Source: Polyangiaceae bacterium
GTDB lineage: Bacteria > Myxococcota_A > Polyangia > Polyangiales > Polyangiaceae
NCBI GenBank assembly: GCA_050287085.1
Contig: JBNKBE010000002.1
Coordinates: 1-64,000 of the forward strand
Direction of reading: 5' to 3'
DNA: 64,000 nucleotides
This document shows positions 1-9,890 of the stretch, one piece after another. How positions within the stretch are numbered: position 1 is the first letter of the stretch; the number at the start of each line of letters is the position of its first letter. The translations under genes and the position numbers were made by a program. The notes below the pieces were generated by a model that was given only the letters and a program-made list of their open reading frames with translations, was not told where the DNA came from and ran no database searches.

Positions 1-81
1 CCCCCCCCCCCCCCGCTATTTGGGGGCGCGTTTCGCTGCCTCGGCAGGAGCGGATCGCGGGCTTTCGTGGGTGCAGGCCTC

Positions 82-1035
82 TCACTCTTCGACTCTGACG
101 GTGTCGAATCCTTTCTGGGCCAGCAGCGCGGGCAGGCCATCCTCACCCACCAGGTGTGCAGAGCCTACGACCACGAAGTAGCGACCGGATTGCGTCAGGT
201 AGTCGGCAAGCTGCCGGGCCATGTTGAGATTCCGGCTGCGCAGCAGGAGCTCGTAGGTGGCAGGGTACTCCGCCTTCATCTCTTGCACTGCCTGCTCCTG
301 GCGCACCGTCTGACCGCGACTCCATTCCGCGGCCAGCTCGCCCAGCTCCTTTGTGGCCTTCGGATCGATGCTCTGGCGCAGCACTTCGTCCACGTCCTCT
401 GCTGTCATCTTCGTGAAAAGCTCGAGTTGGGCCTCGACGGTCTCGAGTGCAAGGATCGGCTTGTGCCCACTGGCCTTGCGTGTGAAGTGGGCGTCGATAC
501 CGAGCGCCGGGTCAAAGCCCGCGCGCGTTGCCGCCTGCAGCTGTAGGGTCATCGCGGCGAGCCAAGGTTGAAAAGGGGCCAACTGTTCCGGCGCAAGACC
601 AAGCTCGGGCAATGCCCGGCGGACGGCATGCGCCGTGTCCGGCCGCAAATGTTGCCACAGCGATTCACCCCGGCGCAGCAGGCCTCGCTCAAGGGCGCGC
701 GTTGCGATTTCGGCTTCGGTGTTGTCATCGATCAGCACTTCCACCACCAGATAGTCCGAGGCCTCAAACGCGCGCTCCACTCGTGCCGGCAGCGGGTACA
801 TGGCCTCTTGGGCGAGGTGGATAGAGCCGAATAGGTCGACCGTTGTCGTTGCGCTCGTTATCCGAAGCTGGCGCGGACCCGGCTCGAGGGCGGGAGCGGG
901 GGCCTTGGCCGTCGCGACCGCTTGGGTAGGTTGCCGGCTCGGAGGGGGCTCGGGGGTTGGAGAGGGACCACAGCCCAGCGCCAGGGCAGCCCCAATGGCC
1001 GCGGCCCGCCCGCGGAGGGCTCGCGCGGGAGCCAT
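82..1035 (-). CDS. TraB/GumN family lipoprotein
   Basis: Motifs LFGSIHL, GIDAHF, LETVEAQL, RSRNLNM and FVVVGSAHLVG. Lipobox LALGC follows the ATG at 1035; the ORF is open to 1155. Confidence 0.85.
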   Translation of the reverse strand: MAPARALRGRAAAIGAALALGCGPSPTPEPPPSRQPTQAVATAKAPAPALEPGPRQLRITSATTTVDLFGSIHLAQEAMYPLPARVERAFEASDYLVVEVLIDDNTEAEIATRALERGLLRRGESLWQHLRPDTAHAVRRALPELGLAPEQLAPFQPWLAAMTLQLQAATRAGFDPALGIDAHFTRKASGHKPILALETVEAQLELFTKMTAEDVDEVLRQSIDPKATKELGELAAEWSRGQTVRQEQAVQEMKAEYPATYELLLRSRNLNMARQLADYLTQSGRYFVVVGSAHLVGEDGLPALLAQKGFDTVRVEE

Positions 1036-1220
1036 CAGGAGAAATGCGTCCGGGGAAAGCTTGCGGTACTCGGCGCGGCTACGGCGCAGGAGAAGGCGAC
1101 CGAGGAAGATGCTATGGAAGAAGGGGCGATGGGGGAACAAGAGGCGCAGAGACATGACCAGTTCAAGGGGAGCTCAGCGTCATACCACGCTGCGAGGTGC
1201 GAGCGAGGCCTGCCGCCCAA

Positions 1221-1379
1221 GCCTTGAGCGGAGGTGCGGGGAGCGAGCTTGCACGCGCCCCGCGCTTTGGGGTTCGGCCGGAGAGAGGGGGTTCGGTTTT
1301 GGGGGGCCGGTTGCAGCACCGCCTTGCTGATGATTGCGTGCGGGCAGCGAGGCAACGGTTTGGTCGGGACTGGGATTGG
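1221..1379. repeat. Dispersed ~160-bp intergenic repeat, copy 1 (REP/MITE-like)
   Basis: Aligns by eye with 13612-13770. Shared blocks are cgcgccccgcgctttggggttcggc, gggggccggttgcagc and ggtttggtcgggactgggattgg. Confidence 0.85.
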
Positions 1380-1577
1380 GGGCGCGTGCGTCGCGTGAGG
1401 CCTTGGGGGCACGCCTGCGTGTGCCGCGCCAGGCTACGGCACGTTGAGCGACACGCCCTTGCGGGGTGCTGCGCGTGCGGGCGCCCAGGGTGCTCGAAGA
1501 GGGCTAGCTGCCGTGACGGCGCAGACGTGCCCGCGAGAGGCACCGAGCAGGCGGCCCCAAAGGGCTGGCAGCGGTGA

Positions 1578-3401
1578 CTAGAATCTTTCACCCATAGCTC
1601 GTAGCCGCTCGCAGGCCTTCTTGTTGAAGTCATAGCAGGCGCTCTTCAATAGCGACACCGCCGCTACTCGGTCTTTGGTGACGCCTTCTCCTGCGCGATG
1701 CATCTCGCCCAGGTCGAAGCAAGCGATCGAGCTTTCGTGATTGCAGGCGTCGGTCAGAAGCGAAACGGCGCGCCCCGTATCCTGAGGAGTGCCGAGCCCC
1801 TGGCGGTAGACGCCACCGAGCCGGGCGCACCCATCCCAGGAGCCGGCGTTGCATGCGGCCGTATAGAGTTCGAGCGCTTTGGCGTAGCTGCGCCCGACTC
1901 CCTTGCCCAGTTGGTAGACGTAGCCGAGCCGGGCGCAGGCGTCGGCGCTTTCTTCGTTGCAGAGCGATTCATACTTGGCGCGGGCGACGTTGTTGTTCAG
2001 CTCTACGCCGTGTCCCAGCCAGAAAACGTCGGCCGCGCGTACGCAGGCCAAGCTGTCGCCCTGAGCACAAGCCGCGTCGTAGAGTAACTTGGCTTTTTGA
2101 TTGCTTACGACACCGCTGCGTCCGAATTCCAGGTATTCCCCGTAGTAGGTGCAGGCTCGCAATACGCCTTCTGAGCAGTGTGCTTCCAGGAGTTCGAGGC
2201 CGCCGTCCACGTCGCGCGCCACCCCACGTCCGACGAGCCGTAGGTGTCCTAGGTAGGCGCAGGCGTCAGCGCTGCCCGCGGTGCACGCCTTCTCCACGAG
2301 TTTGGCTCCCTTCGGGACGTCGCGCTCGCGAGCGTCGCCGCGGATCGCTTGCTGCCCTACCTGATAACACGCCTTGTGCGCGCCGTTGTCACACGCCATG
2401 CCGTAGAGTTTCGCCAGGAGCTCCGGCGTAGGTGCGGTTGGCAAGGCTCCGGCCTCGATATACAAGCCCAACTCGTAGCAGACCTCCGGCATCTCTTCGC
2501 TGCAATGGTCGGTGAGAAGCTGTTCGGCGCGCACGCTGTCCTTGGCTACACCGATGCCGTCCAACCAGACGTTGGCTAGTTCGACGCAAGCAACCGGATG
2601 ACCCGCGTCGCAGGCCTTGAGGAATAGCTTCGCGGAACGTTCGAGATCTTGGGTGACCGCTTGTCCAACCCGGTAGAATACCGCCAGCGTGCCGCAGGCG
2701 TCCTTGTCGTCCTGTGCGCAGCCACGCTCGAATAGCTCAAGGGAGCGCTCATTGTCCTGCTCGAGCACCTGCCCGTTCATATGCAATAGGCCGAGCCGAT
2801 AACACCCCGCGCCTACCTTGGCGTCGCAGGCCTCGCGCAACATCGCGACAGCGCGCTGCTCATCTTGTTCTACAAACTTTCCAAAGAGGTAGCTATCTGC
2901 GACCTCGTAACACGCGCGCGGCACGCCGTCGTTGCACGCCGCGCGCAGCAGCTCCGTGCCCCGGCGTAGGTTGGTGCTAATCCCGCGGCCATATTTCATC
3001 ATTGTGCCGAGTGTCGCGCAGCTTTCGGCGTGGTGACCGAAGCACGCTTTGCGCAGCTTCCAGCTGGCGGCGATGGGGTCTCGTGTGAGGTTCTTTCCTG
3101 CCAGCAGGGTCTCACCGAGCACCGCGCACGCCGTGGGCTCTTCCTTGTCGCAAGCCTTCTCCAGAAGTGAGAAGCCGCGTTCTCGGTCTCGCTCAACGCC
3201 TTTGCCGGTGAGGTATGCGGTCCCGACCGGGACGCAGGGCTTGGCCTGCCCGCGTTGACATAAGATCTCACATTGAGCGAGCTCCCCTGCCTCGCAGCGA
3301 TCCGCCGGTGTTGCAGCCGGGGCTTGGGTTCCACAGGCGACTAGAAGAAACGGTGTGGCCCACCCCAATACTCGTTTGGCCAGAGCGTAACATTCCACCA
3401 T
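1578..3401 (-). CDS. Cys-rich Sel1-like repeat (SLR) lipoprotein
   Basis: Lipobox LVAC, then many ~36-aa repeats of the form ACxxLGxxYxxGxGVxxDxxxAxxLxxxAC. Confidence 0.9.
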   Translation of the reverse strand: MVECYALAKRVLGWATPFLLVACGTQAPAATPADRCEAGELAQCEILCQRGQAKPCVPVGTAYLTGKGVERDRERGFSLLEKACDKEEPTACAVLGETLLAGKNLTRDPIAASWKLRKACFGHHAESCATLGTMMKYGRGISTNLRRGTELLRAACNDGVPRACYEVADSYLFGKFVEQDEQRAVAMLREACDAKVGAGCYRLGLLHMNGQVLEQDNERSLELFERGCAQDDKDACGTLAVFYRVGQAVTQDLERSAKLFLKACDAGHPVACVELANVWLDGIGVAKDSVRAEQLLTDHCSEEMPEVCYELGLYIEAGALPTAPTPELLAKLYGMACDNGAHKACYQVGQQAIRGDARERDVPKGAKLVEKACTAGSADACAYLGHLRLVGRGVARDVDGGLELLEAHCSEGVLRACTYYGEYLEFGRSGVVSNQKAKLLYDAACAQGDSLACVRAADVFWLGHGVELNNNVARAKYESLCNEESADACARLGYVYQLGKGVGRSYAKALELYTAACNAGSWDGCARLGGVYRQGLGTPQDTGRAVSLLTDACNHESSIACFDLGEMHRAGEGVTKDRVAAVSLLKSACYDFNKKACERLRAMGERF

Positions 3402-3634
3402 GTTCTCGGTGTACCATGGGGGCGCTGCGGCGCTTCCCGAATGTCAAGGACGCTCTACAAACGCGTGGGCGGATGTACTGCGTTTAGACACTCGATCGTC
3501 CCCATCTGGGCCAGGACCGGGGTTCGACAACACTGGACCACGCTTTGGCTCCCCCGCGGCAGGGCGCCCGTCACGGCCGTCAATCTCCGGGGCGTCGCTT
3601 GCCTCCGCGGTCAGCTGGGGGGTATAGCCACGCA

Positions 3635-4120
3635 ATGGCCGTCTCGGGTGAGGAGTTTCGCCGCGCGCTGCGTTCCTGGGCAAGCGGGGTGACCGTTGTA
3701 ACAGCTCATCATGAAGGGGTCGGGCGCGGCATGACGGTTTCGTCCTTCGCGAGCGTATCGCTGTCTCCGCCGCTGGTCTCGGTGTGTTTGGCCACCGGGG
3801 CTGGCACCCTGCGCTGCGTGCAGCAATCAGGGGCTTTTGGGGTCAATATCCTCGCGAGTGAGCAGGAAGTCCTCTCCGAGCACTTCGCTTCAGACGCGGT
3901 GGATCGCTTCGCGGGGATCGCAACGCGCAACGGGCGCGACGGTGTTCCGCTCATTGAGGGGGCCTTGTGCCAACTCGAGTGCCGGGTGTTTGCCCGACAC
4001 GTGCTGGGAGATCACGAGCTGGTCGTGGGTGAGGTAATGGCCGTGCATTGCGTCCCGGGCTCGCCCCTGGCGTACTACGAGGGCACCTACGGCACGTTCG
4101 AGCCCGATGGAGCGGCCTAG
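3635..4120 (+). CDS. Flavin reductase-like (DIM6/NTAB) protein
   Basis: FRRALRSWASGVTVVT, GMTVSSFASVSLSPPLV and GDH motifs. Confidence 0.92.
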   Translation: MAVSGEEFRRALRSWASGVTVVTAHHEGVGRGMTVSSFASVSLSPPLVSVCLATGAGTLRCVQQSGAFGVNILASEQEVLSEHFASDAVDRFAGIATRNGRDGVPLIEGALCQLECRVFARHVLGDHELVVGEVMAVHCVPGSPLAYYEGTYGTFEPDGAA

Positions 4121-4122
4121 GC

Positions 4123-4153
4123 CAGGTTCCTATCGCGCAGGTTCCTATCGCGC
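4123..4153. repeat. 15-bp tandem duplication spanning a stop codon
   Basis: caggttcctatcgcg occurs twice in tandem. Confidence 0.85.
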
Positions 4154-5674
4154 GGAGTCCGTTGGCTGTGAGTGGACCGGCGCTTCTCCCGTCGCGCCCC
4201 CTTCTGCTGTCTTCTGGCTCTCGCCCAGCGCGCTGCCCGGCTGGGGCTCCGATATGCCATCGGCTAGCTTGCGGGTACCGAGACCGGGTAGAGGAAAGGT
4301 CTTGAGGTCGGGCAACTTGGGGGCCCTCAACTTCGGCAGTTCGGAGTGCGCCGGGAGCTCGGAGAGCGACGGGAGTTCGGAGAGCGGCGGAAGCCCGGGG
4401 GCGGGGGGAAGCTGTTTGGATACTTCCCCAAGGAAATCGCCGATCGTCTGCACAAGCTCCTTCTTCAGCCCACATCCGGGAACCACCGAGCGCGTGAGCC
4501 GCAGCTGCCCCAAGCGGCGTGCGTCACCTTCCGCGGTGACCCGAATTTCGACCTGACCGCCGAGTGCCTGCTTTGCGAGGCTTGCCGCGAGGGTAGCCAG
4601 CTCCCGATTTTCCGCATTCCGGGCGGCCGCGTCGACGATGGCGGTGCAAGCAAGACTGCCGCGAAGCTCAGCAGAAAGTGGTGATTGCACGTCGCCCCAT
4701 TGCACCTGCCCCGAGCCTCGTAGCGTCAGCAAACCGGCGCGAACCGAGAGTTGCGAGGCTTCGAAGTCCTTGTGGTTTGCCGCGATCTTGAGCTTGCCCG
4801 TTACTGTCACCTCGCGGCTTGCCACCAGCGCTCCGACGCTCGGGGGCGCAGGAAAGCGAAGACCGCGGATCGCGGCGCGCAGATCGCCACGGGCGGGAGC
4901 CCCGCTATGGGTCAGGGGTACCTTCAGTTGCAGCTGTACATCGACCTGGATATCGGCGACGTCGGGCGGCGGTGGCTTCTCAAAAAGCGGCAACAGCCAC
5001 CCTACTCGCAGCGCTTTGAGCTCGAGGGTTACGTCGGCATTCTCGCTCCCCACAACACGAGCTTTGGCGGTCAACCAACTGTCGGGTAGGGGTCCTCGGA
5101 GCGCGACGCGCTGCTCCTTTCGGTCTGCCTCAAAGCGACCCGCAATCCCCAGCGGAAGGGCCACTTCGCCTTCGATACGCGCCGGGGAGCTGGCGAGTGT
5201 CAGGTTGGACAACCTCAGCGCCTCCAGGCCCGTTTCGGGTGCAAAGTGAACGCTGGCGCCTGTGACAGTCACGGGAATGGGCAGCGTTTCGAGCTCGGCG
5301 GTTGCGTAGTCGAGGTCACCGATCTGAGCGAATCCCTCGTGGCCCACGACTTTGGCAATCTCCAGCGCGACGTCTTGGGCGTCGACGCGAGAGGGACTCA
5401 GGCCGTCGAGGGAGATGTCGAGTCGTCCCAGCACGCCGCTCGCCCGGCCGTCGGCGAGCGCAAAATGGCATTGGGTGAGCAAGAGGGCGTCTCGCGAGAG
5501 CTCGAGCTGGCAATCGCTTAGCAGTAGGCCGAGCTTGGCCGCCTCTGTTTCAAGCCGTTTGAGGACCAGCTTTGGCAGCGCGAGCCAGCCGGCGCCCGCC
5601 GCGAGCGCAAACAGCAACGCGAGGAGCCCGAGCCAGCGCAAGGGTTTGTGGCCAGGCGACATGGCTCTCAGCAT
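4145..5674 (-). CDS. Membrane-anchored hypothetical protein (AsmA-like beta-rich)
   Basis: N-terminal TM segment, amphipathic beta-strand pattern and a Pro-rich tail with LSELP repeats. Start could be 5662, 5674 or 5698. The family call is weak. Confidence 0.6.
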   Translation of the reverse strand: MLRAMSPGHKPLRWLGLLALLFALAAGAGWLALPKLVLKRLETEAAKLGLLLSDCQLELSRDALLLTQCHFALADGRASGVLGRLDISLDGLSPSRVDAQDVALEIAKVVGHEGFAQIGDLDYATAELETLPIPVTVTGASVHFAPETGLEALRLSNLTLASSPARIEGEVALPLGIAGRFEADRKEQRVALRGPLPDSWLTAKARVVGSENADVTLELKALRVGWLLPLFEKPPPPDVADIQVDVQLQLKVPLTHSGAPARGDLRAAIRGLRFPAPPSVGALVASREVTVTGKLKIAANHKDFEASQLSVRAGLLTLRGSGQVQWGDVQSPLSAELRGSLACTAIVDAAARNAENRELATLAASLAKQALGGQVEIRVTAEGDARRLGQLRLTRSVVPGCGLKKELVQTIGDFLGEVSKQLPPAPGLPPLSELPSLSELPAHSELPKLRAPKLPDLKTFPLPGLGTRKLADGISEPQPGSALGESQKTAEGGATGEAPVHSQPTDSAR

Positions 5675-5840
5675 CACCCCAACACCTGTCCAGCACAAGC
5701 TCGCGGCGTCGTGGGAGTTGCTGGCGCCTCGGCAGCTATGGGTCTGCTGTGCTCCAGCCGCTCGGCGCCCGCTCGAAAACGGGCCAGCGGGTCAGAGGGC
5801 TTCGGGCTCTGACCGACCCACGCGCCGCCCGCCTCTTGTC

Positions 5841-6359
5841 TTACACCGCAAGTTCCCAGGTCACGGCGCAGCTTGCTCCGGACGTCGCTGAGGGGATGGC
5901 ACTGACGTGGCTGCGGCGCGCTTGGAGTCGCTCCCAGGCCGCGGTCATTGGGGCTTGGCTCTCGCTGGGGGTCGGTCTTGCGTGCTGGAATACCTGGATC
6001 GTGACGCGCAGGGCGCTTGTCTCGCGTCGAAGCTCCGAGGCTAGCTGTTCCAGCCAGGGTTCGCCGGATAGAGCCAGGGCGGCCCCCGGACCTAGCTGCC
6101 GCGCAAGCAGGGTGACCTGTCGCCGAATGGCGCGTGGATCGGAGTTCTGGGCGCAGACGATCACGGCCGCTCGGGGCTTTCGCGCGGGCGGCGCCTGGGT
6201 CAGATTGCTGCGCAGGCGCAGGTCCATCAACCACGGAGTCTCGTCAGGGTGACGCGTAAACACCCAGGTGCCGTCCCCCGGATGACTGCCGTGGTAGGGT
6301 TCAAGGGCACTGCCTTCGCTGTGGAGGATGACGAGGGTTCTGCTTTCGGGCTCAGGCAC
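5841..6359 (-). CDS. Hypothetical protein
   Basis: GTG at 6359 preceded by an AGGTGA RBS; the ORF fills the gap between neighbours. Confidence 0.55.
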   Translation of the reverse strand: MPEPESRTLVILHSEGSALEPYHGSHPGDGTWVFTRHPDETPWLMDLRLRSNLTQAPPARKPRAAVIVCAQNSDPRAIRRQVTLLARQLGPGAALALSGEPWLEQLASELRRETSALRVTIQVFQHARPTPSESQAPMTAAWERLQARRSHVSAIPSATSGASCAVTWELAV

Positions 6360-6804
6360 GGGATCACCTTTCGGGGTTCGATGCCGTTTGGTGCAGCAAG
6401 AGCTTTGCCAAGCGTCGAGGTGCGTCGCGACATGAGAGCCAAAACGGACCACCCTGCGGCGTCGACGCGGGGATCTGGCCCCGCGCTGTGGCCGGTGCCG
6501 CCAATCCGACCCTTCTTGGATGGGCCCGAGCTCCGGATCACAGCCCTTCTTGGGTCAATCGGCTGTCGATCGCGTCGGAAAGTTGGCGCTTGCGCGCACG
6601 GGAGGGCCAAGGCTCCAAAATCCTCAGCTCGGGGCTCCCCAGCCGCCATTTTGGCGCTACTCTAGGCGTTCATGTTGTCCTTTGTGGATCCGTCATCGTC
6701 TCGGTGCGAGCCCCCACCGGAGCGGATCCGGACACAGTCGCGGCCGCGGCGCATCCGTCAGGAGCCTCAATACGCGCGCTCGGGGAGCGCGTGTGGTGTG
6801 CGTC

Positions 6805-6856
6805 GCCGAGGCTTAGCAATGTCGTGCCGAGGCTTAGCAATGTCGTGCCGAGGCTT
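6805..6856. repeat. 21-bp tandem repeat (2.5 copies) duplicating a start codon
   Basis: gccgaggcttagcaatgtcgt x2 plus gccgaggctt; encodes MSCRGLA-MSCRGLA. Confidence 0.9.
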
Positions 6857-8009
6857 GGCGTGGCCGTTCGGGGCCCTCTTGCTGGCCAACACCGTGGCCT
6901 GTGGTCAGGCCGGGCCTGAAGGCTTGGACAGCTATGGCGCTACGGGTTCGGCCATTCAGGGTGGATACTTTGACGAACGCACCACGGGCGTGGTCGGGCT
7001 TGGACTCCAGATCGGACCACGAGAGAGCGTGGGGCATTGTAGCGGAACGTTGCTAGCTCCCAATCTGGTGCTGACTGCGCGTCATTGTGTGCTCGTGGAT
7101 GCGCTGCGAGCGGGGGGGCCGCAAGGGTGCTCGGACATCGAGTACAACAGAGTCATCCCGGCAGAACACCTCTTGGTGTCGTCGCAAGCCGTATGGCCCA
7201 CCGATACGGATCCGGCTGAGCATTGGCAGGTTGAGAGCATTCATCTTGCGCCTGGCGCTGACAGCTTGTGCGGTTACGATCTGGCGTTGCTCGTGCTTCG
7301 CGATCCGATCGATGCGGAGCTTGCGAAACCCATTGCGCCGCGACTGGAGCAGTCCGCTGAGCCCGACGAGGTGTTTTCGGCATCCGGTTATGGGTTAACC
7401 TCCCCCGAGGCAAACCTCGGGGGCGTTCGCAATCGCATCGACGACAACGTCGTTCTATGCGGCAACGGCGCGTGTGGAGACCTCGTCGCTGTCGAGGTTG
7501 GCGAGCGGGAATGGGTGAGCGCCGATGCTGGAGTATGCTCCGGCGACTCCGGCGGACCTGCACTCGATCCGCAAGGGCGGGTGATTGGCGTCGTTTCCCG
7601 CGGCGGGGACGGCAAGTGCACCGCCACGGTTTACGGCGACGTTGCGGCTTGGCGAGAGTTCATTGTCGACGTGGCCGCGACCGCGGCGGAGGCGGGGGGA
7701 TATGCCCTGCCAAAGTGGGCCGCCGTGGACGGTTCCGGCGTCGATACCGAAACGGACTCCGAAGCATCGGGGGCGACCGAAGAAGAAGACGACGACGCCA
7801 CCCCGGAGTCGGTCAGCCATGACGCGGGGGACAGCGCGGCCGCAAACGGGACGTTTCGCGAGTCCTCGTGTGCGATGAGCGCATGGGGGGAACAACGTCC
7901 GCGCACGTCTGCACTGGGCTTGGGTTTGCTGTCGGTGCTGGCCGGCGTGTGGTTCGGACGCCGCCGCGGGGCGAGCGCGCTTGAACGGTCTCGACCGGCT
8001 CGCGACTGA
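6819..8009 (+). CDS. Trypsin-like S1 serine protease, lipoprotein with MYXO-CTERM-like tail
   Basis: Catalytic triad motifs LTARHC, DLALL and GDSGGP; lipobox TVAC; acidic linker; C-terminal SSCAMS, TM segment and RRR. Confidence 0.9.
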   Translation: MSCRGLAMSCRGLAWPFGALLLANTVACGQAGPEGLDSYGATGSAIQGGYFDERTTGVVGLGLQIGPRESVGHCSGTLLAPNLVLTARHCVLVDALRAGGPQGCSDIEYNRVIPAEHLLVSSQAVWPTDTDPAEHWQVESIHLAPGADSLCGYDLALLVLRDPIDAELAKPIAPRLEQSAEPDEVFSASGYGLTSPEANLGGVRNRIDDNVVLCGNGACGDLVAVEVGEREWVSADAGVCSGDSGGPALDPQGRVIGVVSRGGDGKCTATVYGDVAAWREFIVDVAATAAEAGGYALPKWAAVDGSGVDTETDSEASGATEEEDDDATPESVSHDAGDSAAANGTFRESSCAMSAWGEQRPRTSALGLGLLSVLAGVWFGRRRGASALERSRPARD

Positions 8010-8038
8010 CTCATCCATCCGAAGGCCCTCAAGCGGTC

Positions 8039-8956
8039 TTATGCGTGGCGTTCGGGCGCTCGGGCGAGCTGGCGTGCGCTCATCCCCCGCGCGTAGCCGA
8101 CGGTGTAGCGAGCATTCAACTCACTGGCTGGATTGAAGAGCAGGCCTCCGCTGTTGCTCCGGTAGCGAAACGCGTCCACCCCGAAGGGACCAAAATACCC
8201 GACGCTGTGGAGTGTGGACGAAAGCGCCTCCGCCGCTGCGCGCAGGCTATCAAGCTCGCATACGGTGAGACTTGTGGCGTCTGCGACGACGCGCGTGGGC
8301 GCGCGAAAGCCGTCGACCCACTGGCGACAGGGGGCGCCCCAGTCGCACTTTCCGTCTGCTGCGAGGTGGCCGTGTAGAGAGAACTCGGCGACAATGTTCA
8401 CCCAGGGCTCGAGCAAAATGCCGCCGGCGCGGCAGCCGTGTTCCAGCCAGCGAGTGTCGTCGGCGGCCAGTGCTTGTGGCAGTACGCGCAGGCCGCGTCC
8501 GGCAAATGAGAAAGCCCGCTTGCCCACCCACCGTTGGTCGCCTTTGGCTTTTAACCACGCAAGCAGAGGGCCGGGTTCGGTCTCGAAGCAGGCTTCTTTG
8601 AGCCCCACGTCCGCGAACAGACGGAAGTCTTTTCGGTTGCAGCGCTGCAATACGGAAAGGTCCGGTGCGGGTGCCGGAATGGCTCCCGCGCGGCGCAACA
8701 TGTGCTGAGCGTGGGGGGTGGGCATCCAAGCAATGCCCTCGGCTCGGAGCGTGGGCTGGATGCGGCGGCCCTCGAACCCACGCTCGAGGGCCGCCGCATC
8801 CAGAACCACGTCGTGCGGCTCCGCCAGCACTGCCGCGACAGCGGGGGCATGTTGTGCAACCCAGCTCAGGGTGCGCGCATCAGGACGGTAACCCAGCGGT
8901 CGCTGCAGTTCACGCTCGGCGTCGAGATTCAGGTACCAGAGTCTTCCGGAGTCCAT
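8039..8956 (-). CDS. ATP-grasp-like hypothetical protein
   Basis: WVGKRAFSFAGRG, LLEPWV, EFS, YFGPFGVDAF and ELNARYT resemble ATP-grasp motifs. The start overlaps the end of the DUF455 gene. Confidence 0.7.
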   Translation of the reverse strand: MDSGRLWYLNLDAERELQRPLGYRPDARTLSWVAQHAPAVAAVLAEPHDVVLDAAALERGFEGRRIQPTLRAEGIAWMPTPHAQHMLRRAGAIPAPAPDLSVLQRCNRKDFRLFADVGLKEACFETEPGPLLAWLKAKGDQRWVGKRAFSFAGRGLRVLPQALAADDTRWLEHGCRAGGILLEPWVNIVAEFSLHGHLAADGKCDWGAPCRQWVDGFRAPTRVVADATSLTVCELDSLRAAAEALSSTLHSVGYFGPFGVDAFRYRSNSGGLLFNPASELNARYTVGYARGMSARQLARAPERHA

Positions 8957-9798
8957 TGTGCGAGTGCTTCTAGAAACGTTTCGGGTTGCCCTGCTCGGCG
9001 TCGCGCGGCCCAGGCCAGGGGCGAGCCATGCATGAGCAGCGGCGACAACGGGGGGGGAAGCTGTTTCTTCCACCGCTCGAAGTCCAGGGCGCCGGTCCAG
9101 CGCACAAACCAGTGAGCGGCAAAGGCCGCATGGGCCTCTTCCTCGCGAGCGATCACCGTCTGGATGGCGGCGCTCTCTTCATCCCCCACCGCATTGAATT
9201 GCTGCGCGAAGCGCTCACCGTGTTCCAGGTTAGCTGATTCGAGCCCCAGACCCATCACGGCCACAAAAGACAATGCGGTGGAGCACGTCGGGATGCGCTC
9301 CCAAAACCAGTCGCGCACTGGAAAGTCACCGAGTGCGTAGCCAAGTTCGCCAAGGCGCTGCTCGTACAAGGCCATATGCCGAATCTCGTCTTGACAGATC
9401 CTCGCCAGGCCGTGGCGAAACTCGGGCTCGCTGCTGTCGAAACGCAGCAGCGCCCAACACATGAGCTCGGCGGCTTGGAGCTCGTGATGCCAGAAGGTGT
9501 GTAGCCATCGCGCGCGGCTCTCCTTGGAGGCGGTGAGCGCTTTGTTTCGCTTGGCGCGACCGACTACTCTCAGCTCCGGGGGGCGGCCCGGGCCGGCGGG
9601 CACGTCCCACCCCTGGGGGTTCGCGCAAGGCCCTGCGCTGCCTTCGCGCAGCGCCCGCTCGCTGTAGCAATGGCGCGGGGGAGCTGGCGGTTGCCGCTTG
9701 TGGCTTAGGGATGTGGAGCGCACGTAGGCTAGGGCCCAGGCTTCGAGGGTATCGTCTATGTTTGCGCAAGCCGCGGAAGTGAGCTGGATCGGAGTCAT
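8929..9798 (-). CDS. DUF455 ferritin-like di-iron protein
   Basis: LHTFWHHELQA, DEIRH, LESANLEH and EEEAH form the ferritin-like ExxH pattern. Confidence 0.85.
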   Translation of the reverse strand: MTPIQLTSAACANIDDTLEAWALAYVRSTSLSHKRQPPAPPRHCYSERALREGSAGPCANPQGWDVPAGPGRPPELRVVGRAKRNKALTASKESRARWLHTFWHHELQAAELMCWALLRFDSSEPEFRHGLARICQDEIRHMALYEQRLGELGYALGDFPVRDWFWERIPTCSTALSFVAVMGLGLESANLEHGERFAQQFNAVGDEESAAIQTVIAREEEAHAAFAAHWFVRWTGALDFERWKKQLPPPLSPLLMHGSPLAWAARRRAGQPETFLEALAQWTPEDSGT

Positions 9799-9890
9799 GG
9801 GCCCAGGTCCCTGATAGCGCAATTCCGCCGGCCGTGGACAGGCTTCAGCGCAGTCGCGGAGGGGAGCCGGGTCTGCTAACTTCGCGCGCC

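Noticed and set aside
1..14. C14 homopolymer as a phase-variation tract
   Set aside because: It sits at the window edge, downstream of a gene and without context; it may be an assembly or contig-end artefact.
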